Assembly: GCA_963773005.1 (NCBI GenBank)
Contig: CAVYZR010000008.1
Location: 3,607-67,606 of the forward strand
Direction: 5' to 3'
From: an uncultured Acidobacteriota bacterium
Lineage (GTDB): Bacteria > Acidobacteriota > Vicinamibacteria > Vicinamibacterales > 2-12-FULL-66-21
Length of the DNA: 64,000 bases
Below are positions 52,034-61,283 of this stretch, piece by piece. The notes beneath the pieces were generated by a model. The model saw only the letters and a program-made list of their open reading frames with translations, had not been told where the DNA came from and did no database searches. How positions within the stretch are numbered: the first letter of the stretch is position 1; each line of letters opens with the position of its first letter. The position numbers and the translations under genes were made by a program.

Positions 52034-52977
52034 GCCGATTGATCCACGCGCGGATCGGCCAGCGCGAGCGCGATGTCCGAGAGCAGGATTCCGATCGCGA
52101 GAAAGATCGATCCGAGCGCGGCGCAACCCGCGACGAGATATAGATCGCGCGCAACGAGCCCCTCGTACATCAGCGCTCCGAGGCCAGGCCAGGCGGTGAC
52201 GATCTCGACCGCAAACGATCCGCTGAGCACGCTGCCGACGATCACGCCATAAATTGCGAGGACCGGTTTCAGCGACAGCCGGAAGGCATGGCGCCAGACG
52301 ACGCGCGCCGGCGAGCAGCCGCGGGCGCGGGCGGCGCGAATCGACGGCTCGGCGAGCGCTTCCTCCATCGCCTGCGACTGCAGGCGCTCGAGCGACGCGG
52401 CGATCGGCAGCGCGAGCGCGATCGCCGGGAGCGTGAGGTAGTGCAGCGTCGTCCACACCGATGTGCTTGCCGCCGCCGGAAACCCGCCGACGGGAAACCA
52501 GCCCGTGCGCGCGGCCACGAGCAGCAGCGCCAGCGAGGTCACGAGCGACGGAATCGAGAGGACGACGAGCGACAGCGCGCACGCGATCGCGGTTGCAAGA
52601 TTTTTGCGGCTACCGGTAATGACTCCTGCCGGCACCCCAACGACGGTCGCCAGCAGGAGCGCCGTTACGCCGAGGAGCGCCGTCTTGCCCGCGCGCTCGG
52701 CGACGAGGCCGCTGACCGGCCGGCCGTATTTGAAGGACTCCCCCAGGTCGAGCCGGGCGGCGCGGCCGAGCCAGTCGCGGTAGCGGACGAGGAACGGCCG
52801 GTCGAGCCCGAGCCGGTGGCGTTCGGCCGCGGCGACGGCTGGAGGAATGTCGAAGCCGCCGAAATAGTCGCCCGGCGCCGCCTCGACGAGCAGGAGCGAC
52901 GCCGACGAGACGACGACCACGAGGAGTACCGCGAGCAGCAGCCGGCGAGCCAGGTACGTCAGGAAGGCGCGGTGCAC
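52030..52977 (-). CDS. ABC transporter permease (OppB/DppB type)
   Basis: N-terminal LARRLLLAVLLV... and an EAA-like loop region ARARGCSPARVVWRHAFR. Confidence 0.9.
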   Translation of the reverse strand: MHRAFLTYLARRLLLAVLLVVVVSSASLLLVEAAPGDYFGGFDIPPAVAAAERHRLGLDRPFLVRYRDWLGRAARLDLGESFKYGRPVSGLVAERAGKTALLGVTALLLATVVGVPAGVITGSRKNLATAIACALSLVVLSIPSLVTSLALLLVAARTGWFPVGGFPAAASTSVWTTLHYLTLPAIALALPIAASLERLQSQAMEEALAEPSIRAARARGCSPARVVWRHAFRLSLKPVLAIYGVIVGSVLSGSFAVEIVTAWPGLGALMYEGLVARDLYLVAGCAALGSIFLAIGILLSDIALALADPRVDQSA

Positions 52978-53141
52978 GACGGAGTTATCGGCTCAAGAGC
53001 GCGGGTGTGTTATGGACGGATGCAGGCGTGGTGTCCGGCTTCACAGCCGGACCCTCTCCGACGCGACGTCGGCGAGATCCACGCGTGAGCCAGCCTCCAC
53101 ATCGGTCGGGCTGAACCCTCACGCTGTCGGTCGGTCGTCGT

Positions 53142-53972
53142 CTACCGGAGGGAGGCGTCCGGGACGAGCCCGCGAATGAAGGATGAGATGGTTGCGCCCC
53201 GCACGCCCGCGTAGACGCTGATGCCGTTCTGGCAAGGCGGGGCGTTCGTCGCGGGATTGAAGATTCCGGTCGAGGCTGCACCCGCAAGCATCCACTCACC
53301 GGACTCGGACAACAGAAGCGGCCCGCCAGAATCGCCGCTGCACGTGCCGGTTTCGCTGGCGGAAAACCGTGTCGTCAGAAACGTGTCGCCGACAAAGTCG
53401 ATAGCGGCCAGTCCGGCGCGAAGCGTGCCCGAGTCGCCGTTCTGATCGACGCCCCACCCGGCGAGCACACCGGTTTCGCCGACGCGACCGGTACGGCTCA
53501 CCAGCAACGGGATGGCTCGACGCCCAATCGGCCGACTGGTCGTGATCACGGCGATATCGAGCGGGTAGGGATTCGGCCGGTACTCGGGGTGCGCCGCGAA
53601 CGTCTGCGCCGTTATGTCGGGCGCGTCTCCGGGGACGACCGTCACCCCGATCGGATTGCCGAACACGCAGTGGGCTGCGGTCAGAATAGCCTGCGAGCCG
53701 ATCACGGCTCCGGAACATCGTGAAACCGAGACGCCATCGGCCTGTCTGATCACTAACATCACGACGGAGGAGATCGTAGAGTCGCACGCGGTGCCGTTGA
53801 CGATTGGAACCAGCGACCGGCTCAGCCCGGTGGCTGCCTGACACGGGCCGTTTGAAGGAAGGACCGGCGAGGTGGGAGTCGAGGGCTCCGATGCGCCGCC
53901 ACAGGCGGCCGTGAGCACCGGCAGGCAGAGCATAAATGCCGCGAGCCTGGCACGAACGACCCACGCTGACAT
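53142..53972 (-). CDS. trypsin-like (S1) serine protease lipoprotein
   Basis: GAGGAA lies upstream of the ATG at 53972. Lipobox LTAACGG. ILTAAHCV and CSGDSGGPLL. Confidence 0.85.
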   Translation of the reverse strand: MSAWVVRARLAAFMLCLPVLTAACGGASEPSTPTSPVLPSNGPCQAATGLSRSLVPIVNGTACDSTISSVVMLVIRQADGVSVSRCSGAVIGSQAILTAAHCVFGNPIGVTVVPGDAPDITAQTFAAHPEYRPNPYPLDIAVITTSRPIGRRAIPLLVSRTGRVGETGVLAGWGVDQNGDSGTLRAGLAAIDFVGDTFLTTRFSASETGTCSGDSGGPLLLSESGEWMLAGAASTGIFNPATNAPPCQNGISVYAGVRGATISSFIRGLVPDASLR

Positions 53973-54078
53973 GGTTCCTCGGCTCGCGAATTGTATCGCC
54001 AGGTCGACGCTGTGCGCGAGGACTCCGTAGGGTAGTGGTTTGTTCGCCCAGGCTGAATCGTGATTCACTGTCAACGCG

Positions 54079-55050
54079 ATGTTTCCACACAGCATTTCAT
54101 GTAGAACGTTGCTGTTTCCCTGTGTGTTGTCGGTGCTGGCACTGGGCGCGCTTGGGCCTGCTTCGAGGGCCCAGGGCACCGTGGCCGCGCGGTTCGATCA
54201 GGCCGCAGTATCCAAAGGTATCGCAGCCCTGCTGAAGGAACACGGGGAAGGTGTCGTGGCGAACCTGTGGCTGAGCGGCGACAGCGGCAAGGCCTGGTTC
54301 GAGTTGAGTGCCGACCAGCCTGCCGCAACGGCCAGCGCGATCAAAACCTTCTACCTCGTCGAACTATTCGCGTCGTATCGAGGGAAACTCGACACACCGC
54401 TCCCTGGAGCTGATGCAGTGCTCGAGAACGATGAGCACCCGGCGATCTCGCACTTCTCCTCCGAGCAGCGGGCCGAGATCCGACGGGGGTTGGGTGCCGC
54501 ATCCGTCCGTCGAGTGGGCGAAGTGATGATGGGAAAAGCGCCCGCGTCGAACGCGGTCTACAACGCCGCCGCCAATCTCACAACCGCCGTTCTCGGTGGG
54601 CCCGAGCTCCTCACGACACTCATTCGAGACAGGGATCCTGCCTTCGCGCGAGTCTCGGTCCGCCGCTACATGCTCAGGGATCGGAAAAATCCCGGCGACA
54701 ACGAAGCTCCGGCGGCAGCCGTTGCCGCCCTGTACCAGCGGCTGGCCAGCCGGGCGCTCACCGGCATCGACGGCGAAACCATGCGTGCGATTCGGGAAGC
54801 CATGATCAAGGAAGACATCGACAACCTTGGCACGCGCTTTTCGAAGGCTGGCAACCTCAACTCCGATCCGGCGACCGAAGTGCGCGCCGGCTGGTGGGAG
54901 ACCGCCAGGGGTTCGTTGATTTACGTGGTCATGTTGAGACAGCCAACTGCCGGTCCAACCGGTGCCCCATCATCCTTCCAGCGGCTCGGCAAGACCGCGG
55001 ATACCCTGGCGGACACGCTCGTCGGCGCTGGGTTCGCCGCTATGAAGTAA
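54079..55050 (+). CDS. class A beta-lactamase-like serine hydrolase (secreted)
   Basis: Signal peptide, SxxK (TASAIK), an SxN-like ASN, and the KAG triad position. Confidence 0.65.
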   Translation: MFPHSISCRTLLFPCVLSVLALGALGPASRAQGTVAARFDQAAVSKGIAALLKEHGEGVVANLWLSGDSGKAWFELSADQPAATASAIKTFYLVELFASYRGKLDTPLPGADAVLENDEHPAISHFSSEQRAEIRRGLGAASVRRVGEVMMGKAPASNAVYNAAANLTTAVLGGPELLTTLIRDRDPAFARVSVRRYMLRDRKNPGDNEAPAAAVAALYQRLASRALTGIDGETMRAIREAMIKEDIDNLGTRFSKAGNLNSDPATEVRAGWWETARGSLIYVVMLRQPTAGPTGAPSSFQRLGKTADTLADTLVGAGFAAMK

Positions 55051-55316
55051 AGCCCCGTCGCCACAGCGCGAGAGTTCTGGCGAAGACACCACCAGCCCCA
55101 TCCCGGCGACCCAGAGCTGAAAACCCTCCCGCGGATACATCTCGAACATGTAGAACACAACCCAGCAGCGAATACATCTCGTTCGATTGGGACGAAACCG
55201 TAAGACGATTACAGAATCGATGGCGCGCGATGCGGCTGAATCACGCCTGGACGAGAGTCGATGCGGCTCTTCATCATTATTATTAATGTGATAGTGAAAC
55301 CCTTGAGGAGACCGTC

Positions 55317-56736
55317 ATGATCGCCGCTCGACAGATTCTTCGGATGAGTGCCCTGTGCGCAGCGGTTCTGGCCGTCCTCGCCTCGCCGTCGACGGCGCAG
55401 TCGACCGGAGGCGCGCCGGCGCCGTTGTCCGACGCCGACATCACGCGCATCCTGGCGGAGCGCATCGACGTGCAGCAACAGAGCGTGGGCATCGTCGTCG
55501 GCGTGCTGGAACCGAGCGGCCGGCGCGTGCTCAGTCACGGTCACCCGGCGAAGGGCGACCCTCGTCGGGTGGATGCCGACACCGTTTTCGAGATCGGATC
55601 CATCACCAAGGTGTTCACGGCGCTGCTCCTGGCTGACGCGGTGGAGCGCGGCGAAGTGTCGCTCTCGGACCCGGTATCGCGGTATCTGCCGGCAACGGTG
55701 AAGATGCCTCAACGCGGCCGCGCGATCACGCTTGGCGATCTCGCCTCGCATGTCTCGGGACTGCCGCGGCTTCCGGCGAACATGCCGTCCGCAAACCCCC
55801 GCAACCCGTACGCCGACTACACGGTCGACCAGCTGTATGCCTTCCTCTCCGGCTATGAGCTTCCACGTGACGTCGGCGCGCAGTACCAGGTACTCGAACC
55901 TTGGTGGCGGGCTCCTCGGCCACGTCCTGGCGCTTCGGGCGGGCATGAGTTACGAGGCGCTCGTCGAGTCCCGGATCACGCGACCGCTTGGCATGACCAG
56001 CACGCGCATCACGCTTTCAGACGACATGCGCAGCCGCCTCGCGAGCGGCTACGACGCGACGCTGCAGCCGGCATCCAACTGGGACTTACCGACGCTGGCC
56101 GGCGCCGGCGCGTTGCGCTCGACGGTGAACGACCTGCTGCTGTTCCTGTCGGCGGCGATGGGCGAGCGGCCGACGCCCCTCGCGAAAGCCTTCGCGGCGA
56201 TGACCACCGCGCGCCGCCCGGCCGGCGCGCCCACACTCGAGATCGCCCTGGGCTGGCATGTGTGGACGGCCAATGGTCACGACGTCGTCTGGCACAACGG
56301 CGGTACGGCCGGCTATCGAACGTTCATCGGCTTCGAACCGCGGGCGCGCACGGCAGTCGTCGCGCTCTCGAATGCCGGAACACAGGCTGGCGTGGACGAT
56401 ATCGGCCGTCACCTGCTGGACCGGCAGATTCCGCTGCGGGCGCAACCGAAAGCGCGGACGGCGATCGCCGTGGATCCCGCGCTCTTCGATCGCTACGCGG
56501 GCCGCTATCAGCTCGCTCCCTCGGCGTTCCTCACCATCAGGCGGAAAGAGAGCGGACTCTTCGCGCAGCTCACCGGCCAGTCGGAGTTCGAGATCTTCCC
56601 GGAGTCGCCGCGCGAGTTTTTCTACAAGGTCGTGGATGCGCAGCTGACGTTCGAAGTCGGAGCGGACGGGCGGGCGACCGCCATCGTGCTGCATCAGGCG
56701 GGTCGAGACATTCGCGGCGCGCGGGTGGTTCCTTGA
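55317..56736 (+). CDS. class C beta-lactamase-family serine hydrolase, apparent +1 frameshift near 55890
   Basis: GAGGAG lies upstream of the ATG, followed by a signal peptide. SITK, then ...GAQYQ continues as YSNLGGGLLGHVLA in the next frame. HNGGTAGY is present. Length is 3n+1. Confidence 0.85.
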
Positions 56737-56784
56737 ACAACCCGAGGCGTCCGTCGTCCTCGTCTTTCTCCTGACCTCTCAGGT

Positions 56785-56955
56785 ATGAGCAAGTCCTTCG
56801 CTGCGCCACCGAGAATCCGTCGAATTGCCGCGCGACGAGTGTTCAAGTCGCCCAGCGGGAAGCCCGTCGTGCTGACGATTGGAGTGCCCCAGCGAGTACC
56901 CGGCTCCGATTGGGGCTGCGCTCTCCAGATCACGGGCCTGAACACCGAATGGCGA
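56785..56955 (+). CDS. N-terminal fragment of a small hypothetical protein (continuation uncertain)
   Basis: MSKSFAAPPRIRRIAARRVFKSPSGKPVVLTIGVPQRVPGSDWGCALQITGL looks coherent. Beyond about 56955 the opposite strand encodes hicA. Confidence 0.3.
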
Positions 56956-57165
56956 CAGATCGGTCGGTGTCAGGCCAGTATGTTTTGCGATTCGGCTGAG
57001 GATGCGTGGGCCGAGCTCCTCATCGTCATGAAAGGCAAAGACGAAGTCGGGCCGATCAGCGCGAGAAAGTGTGCGATGTCATCCGGATTGGCGCTTGACG
57101 ACCCAGCCGATTCGCACCAGAGCGGCCAGCACCCGCCGCGCCTTGGTGGTGGGCCAGTTACTCAC
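56956..57165 (-). pseudogene. hicA: HicA-family mRNA interferase toxin with an in-frame TGA at the conserved G-S-H position
   Basis: The GTG at 57165 overlaps the hicB TGA (GTGA). The sequence reads MSNWPTTKARRVLAALVRIGWVVKRQSG*HRTLSRADRPDFVFAFHDDEELGPRILSRIAKHTGLTPTDL, with the stop at 57079-57081. No normal stop follows. Confidence 0.7.
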
Positions 57166-57368
57166 GCCGCCTGGAAGGTGACGTTGAGGAACTCGGCGGG
57201 CGCTTCACGGTTCTCGAGACGCTCGGCGATAACGCGCAGGGCGAGCGCTTGTACGCCCGCCACGGCCTCGTCGCGATCCCGGCCGTAGCACAGGACGCCT
57301 GGGAGGCCGGGCACCTCGGCGATCCAGCGCCCGTCCTCTTCGCGTTCGAGCTCGATCGTGAAGGTCAC
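57162..57368 (-). CDS. hicB: HicB-family antitoxin (UPF0150-like)
   Basis: MTFTIELEREEDGRWIAEVPGLPGVLCYGRDRDEAVAGVQAL is the typical HicB N-terminal fold sequence. Confidence 0.8.
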   Translation of the reverse strand: MTFTIELEREEDGRWIAEVPGLPGVLCYGRDRDEAVAGVQALALRVIAERLENREAPAEFLNVTFQAA

Positions 57369-57488
57369 ACGGATAATGTACCACTCGCCCGCCCGTCCAC
57401 CAAGCTCCGCTTCGCCTCATACTCGTAAGCTGCTCGGGGAACAGGAAGGGGAACAGCGGGATGACGACGCCAGCCAATTCCCCAACGG

Positions 57489-58850
57489 TCACGCCGATGA
57501 ACGCGGCAGCATGGTCGCGTTCCATGCGGCATACTGTTGCCGGATCTCATCGAACACTTTCGGTTGATTCGCCTTGAGATCGGTTTTCTCGCCCGGATCG
57601 ACCGACAGATCGAACAGCCGCTCGGTTCCCGAATCCTTCAAGTATTTCCACCTGCCCTGCCTGGCCGCCTCGTCCTTCGACGTGCGCCAGAAGAGCGTCC
57701 TGTCGAACGGCTCGCGGGCACCGGTACAAACGGTCAGGAGGTTTTCGCCGTCCAGCGGATGCGCCGGGGCGGGCTTCGTGTCGGCCACGCCAAGAAGCGT
57801 TGCGGTCCAATCCATGGTGATCGCGGCCTGCTCCGTGCTGCGGCCTGCCGGGATGACGCCCGGCCACCGGACGATCGCCGGCACGCGAATGCCGCCCTCC
57901 CAGAGGGATCCCTTGCCTGACGAGAATGGCCAGTTGAACGAGTAGCGCTCGCCGCCGTTGTCGCTCGTAAAGATGACCAGCGTGTTCTCCTCGAGGCCTG
58001 CGCGGCCGAGCGCCGCGAGCACTCGTCCGATACCCGCATCCAGGCTCGTCATCATCGACGCGAAGATCTTCAGCGATCCACCGTTGGTCATCGGCCCGCC
58101 GCCGTGGCCGGCATGATCGATCGCGGCATCCTCCGGTCCCTCCCACGGCGCGTGGGGAGCCGTGTAGTGCAGGCTCAGATAGAAGGGACGCTCATGCTTC
58201 CGCGCGATGTATTCAACCGCCCTCTCGGTCAGCAGGTCGGTGAGATAACCCGTCCGCTCGATCGGCGTGAGGTTTTCCCAAAGGTCCTCGCCGCCGCGCG
58301 CGGCAACGCCGGCCGCATCCGGCGAGCCATGCGTGAAGTAGTCGGCTGCGCCGCTGAGGATTCCGAAAAACTCGTCGTAGCCATGCTGGTTGGGACCGAA
58401 CTCCGGTCGCCAGCCGAGATGCCACTTGCCGATCAGGGCCGTGTCGTAGCCGTTTTGCTTGACCAGCGAGGCAATCGTCGGATGGCCTGGCGGTAACCCG
58501 GCAGTCGGCGGGCTTTTGCCCGTCAGCGGCTCCTGCAACCCGACTTCCAGCCGTTGTGGATAGCGCCCGGTGATGAACGCGCATCGCGTCGGCGTGCAGA
58601 CCGCCGCCGCGGCGTAGGCACTCGTGAACTTGATGCCCTGCTGCGCGAGCCGATCAAGGACGGGGGTCTGGTAATCGGGGCGGCCATAACAGCTCACATC
58701 GCCGTAGCCCAGATCGTCCGCGAGGATGAAGAGGATGTTCGGCCGTGGACGCTGCGCCGCGCGGTTGCCCGAGACGGGACCAACCGCGGACGCCACCGCC
58801 GAGCCGGCGGTGACCTCGAGAAACTCGCGACGTGTGACGCTCCGCGGCAT
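57489..58850 (-). CDS. arylsulfatase (formylglycine-dependent sulfatase family), Tat-type signal
   Basis: SVTRREFL twin-arginine start. LADDLGYGD and the CTPTRCAFITGR (CxPxR) signature. Confidence 0.9.
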   Translation of the reverse strand: MPRSVTRREFLEVTAGSAVASAVGPVSGNRAAQRPRPNILFILADDLGYGDVSCYGRPDYQTPVLDRLAQQGIKFTSAYAAAAVCTPTRCAFITGRYPQRLEVGLQEPLTGKSPPTAGLPPGHPTIASLVKQNGYDTALIGKWHLGWRPEFGPNQHGYDEFFGILSGAADYFTHGSPDAAGVAARGGEDLWENLTPIERTGYLTDLLTERAVEYIARKHERPFYLSLHYTAPHAPWEGPEDAAIDHAGHGGGPMTNGGSLKIFASMMTSLDAGIGRVLAALGRAGLEENTLVIFTSDNGGERYSFNWPFSSGKGSLWEGGIRVPAIVRWPGVIPAGRSTEQAAITMDWTATLLGVADTKPAPAHPLDGENLLTVCTGAREPFDRTLFWRTSKDEAARQGRWKYLKDSGTERLFDLSVDPGEKTDLKANQPKVFDEIRQQYAAWNATMLPRSSA

Positions 58851-58987
58851 GCGGCGATGCTAAGGAAGGCCTCGCCGGGTGTCAACCGCCTTACTAGGAC
58901 AAGCCCGGGTTCCTCCCGACGTTGCCGAAGCCCTCGGGCGCGATCGCAGCTGGGTGTCGCCCGATCGATCGCGCCCGAGGTCAACAG

Positions 58988-59881
58988 TCACCGCTGCAGA
59001 CCAAGCACGTCCGCGATCGTCTCGCGTATCCATTCCTGCGCGGCCGTCGTATCGACACGTGCCCGATAGTCGTGTTCGAAGCAATCGCCGCCGTCGCTTG
59101 CCACCGCCACGACACGAGCACCGAAGAACGTCGGCGCCCCGGAATCGCCATAGCACACGATTCCCGGGACAGACCAAGTCGCCCACTCGTTGTCGACGAC
59201 TGTCCGGAACCTCGAGATCTTGATCCGCCGAAGTCCATCCCACTCGGAATCCGGGGGAGCGCCACCGCCAGGGAGCGAGTCGAGATGCCCGTAGCCGGCA
59301 ACGATCATCAATTTGCCCGCGGCCCTGGCAGTCTCGAGAGTTCCCGGCCTCGCGAGTCGCGCGGGCGCGATGTGCCGTACCGGCCGGCTGAGGAACACGA
59401 GGCCGACATCAAGGATGCCAGGATCGAGTCCCTGGAACGTACAGCCTTCAGGTGGAGGGCATGGCGGGAGGGAAGGATGGAAGGCGAAACTCGACACCGG
59501 CAGCCAGGTGGACCGATCCAGAGCATTCGGACTGAAAGTGACGAATGTCTTGATGAATGGGAGAAGCCCCCCCGCCGTCGGGGCCGTGCAATGACCGGCC
59601 AGCAGAAAGACGCGCTCATGGATCAGCGTGCCGCTGCAGTGGGTGGCGATGCCGGGCGGTATTCCGAAGTCGTTCGGCTCGGCGAAATAGATGAGCGCCC
59701 CGACATTCGAAAAGAGATTCAAGACGTCGACGATCTTCACTGTGTGCAGAGCGTTCGAGCCACTGCGACTCGTGTCGGACTCGTCTTGCGCGCGAAGCCC
59801 CGGGGTCGTGACGAACAGCATCATGAGCGACGCCGCGCCGAGCATCGCCGTCACACGATTGGTCAAGAACCGAACGCGCAT
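58988..59881 (-). CDS. trypsin-like (S1) serine peptidase, secreted
   Basis: Signal peptide. FLLAGHC (His) and CYGDSGAP (Ser) contexts. Confidence 0.75.
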   Translation of the reverse strand: MRVRFLTNRVTAMLGAASLMMLFVTTPGLRAQDESDTSRSGSNALHTVKIVDVLNLFSNVGALIYFAEPNDFGIPPGIATHCSGTLIHERVFLLAGHCTAPTAGGLLPFIKTFVTFSPNALDRSTWLPVSSFAFHPSLPPCPPPEGCTFQGLDPGILDVGLVFLSRPVRHIAPARLARPGTLETARAAGKLMIVAGYGHLDSLPGGGAPPDSEWDGLRRIKISRFRTVVDNEWATWSVPGIVCYGDSGAPTFFGARVVAVASDGGDCFEHDYRARVDTTAAQEWIRETIADVLGLQR

Positions 59882-60026
59882 GGTGGCCTCCTTCGTGAAT
59901 TGAACCCACGATGGCGCTAGAATGCCGGCAGGGCACCCGCGGAGTCCTCAACGCTTCATCAACATCGGCTCAATGAGGCCTCAATTACACGCCGGGATTG
60001 TTGTAATAGGCCGCTGAAGGTAGCGT

Positions 60027-61283
60027 ATGGCGGCATTCGAGTTCGGTCCGTTCCTCCTGGATCCCGCCAAGCGCTCTCTGCTGCGCGAGGGTGTTCCACA
60101 GTCTCTCCCTCCCAAAGCGTTCGACGTGCTGGCCTTTCTGGTCCAGTCCCGCGAACGGGTCGTGTCGAAGGACGAGCTGCTCAGCACGCTGTGGGCGGAC
60201 ACGTTCGTCGAGGAAGGGAACCTGAGCCAGCACATCTTCGTGCTCCGGCGGACACTGAACGGTTCCACAGGGAGCCCTGAATACATCGCGACCATCCCGC
60301 GTCGCGGCTATCGCTTTACTGCCCAGGTCATCGAGCGCTCCGGGAGCGAACGACTGGCCGAGTCCGCTCCGAACGAGCCGACGCAGCGCAAGTCTCGATG
60401 GTTGATCCCATCGCTGGGCGCCGCCGTCGTGCTGGTGGCGGCGGTGCTCGCGGTCTTCTGGCGTCAATTCGTAGCAGATCCTGAGCCGCGAATCCTCGTT
60501 GTGACCGCTCTCCCTGGTTTAGAGCGATTCCCCAGCATCTCGCCGGATGGCAACTTCGTCGTGTTCTCATGGACCGGGTCGAATCCTGACGGCAGTACGG
60601 ATCTCTGGGTCAAGGCGGTCGATGGCGATGCGTTGCGTCGACTCACCGACACCCCTGCTGCGGAGGTCCACTCCGCGTGGTCGCCCGACGGCCGCGAGAT
60701 TGCGTTTGTCCGAGCGGGCCAGGGCGTCTTCATCGTGTCGGCGCTGGGCGGAGCGGAGCGGCGGATCAGTGGTTCAGGCTCAATGGCGGGATGGACGCCC
60801 GACAGCAGGTCCTTGCTCGTGAGAGATCGAACCGATGAAGGTCCCCACGGGATCTTCCGTATCGAGCTGGCGACGGGTACCCGGCGTCAGGTCACTCGAC
60901 CGCCGAGGGGGATCGGGGATTGGGTGTTCGCGGTCTCTCCCGATGGCAGTACGGTTGCGTTTGTCCGTTACGGGATGCCCGGCATCTCCGACGTGTATGT
61001 GGCGCCGATCGCGGGTGGCGAGCCTCGGCGCCGGACCAACTGGAACGCCACCATCAGCGGTGTCAGCTGGGCGTCGGACGGCCGCGAGATCCTGTACTCG
61101 GTTGCCGAAGCTCCCGGGCTCGATCACTCGCTGTTCAGAATCCCCGCCGATGGCGATCGTATCGAGCGGGGTACGAGGGCCCTCCACACCAGTGTGGCCA
61201 ACCTGCATCGGACTCATCACGAACAACGCGGGGATCGACCGCGCCGGCACGTCCGACATCGATCTCATCGCGGCGCACCCTGA
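60027..61283 (+). CDS. CadC/OmpR-type winged-helix transcriptional regulator with TM segment and TolB-like beta-propeller; C-terminally truncated
   Basis: PKAFDVLAFLV...IPRRGYRF is a wHTH. TM helix LIPSLGAAVVLVAAVLAVFW. SPDG-containing propeller repeats. Family-like sequence stops at about 61190-61207 and the last roughly 30 codons look out of family. Confidence 0.8.
   Translation: MAAFEFGPFLLDPAKRSLLREGVPQSLPPKAFDVLAFLVQSRERVVSKDELLSTLWADTFVEEGNLSQHIFVLRRTLNGSTGSPEYIATIPRRGYRFTAQVIERSGSERLAESAPNEPTQRKSRWLIPSLGAAVVLVAAVLAVFWRQFVADPEPRILVVTALPGLERFPSISPDGNFVVFSWTGSNPDGSTDLWVKAVDGDALRRLTDTPAAEVHSAWSPDGREIAFVRAGQGVFIVSALGGAERRISGSGSMAGWTPDSRSLLVRDRTDEGPHGIFRIELATGTRRQVTRPPRGIGDWVFAVSPDGSTVAFVRYGMPGISDVYVAPIAGGEPRRRTNWNATISGVSWASDGREILYSVAEAPGLDHSLFRIPADGDRIERGTRALHTSVANLHRTHHEQRGDRPRRHVRHRSHRGAP

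Noticed and set aside
57079-57081. The in-frame TGA in hicA interpreted as selenocysteine or another recoding event.
   Set aside because: The codon replaces a conserved Ser. There is no evident SECIS-like hairpin downstream, and the gene also lacks a proper stop. Nonsense decay is the simpler explanation.
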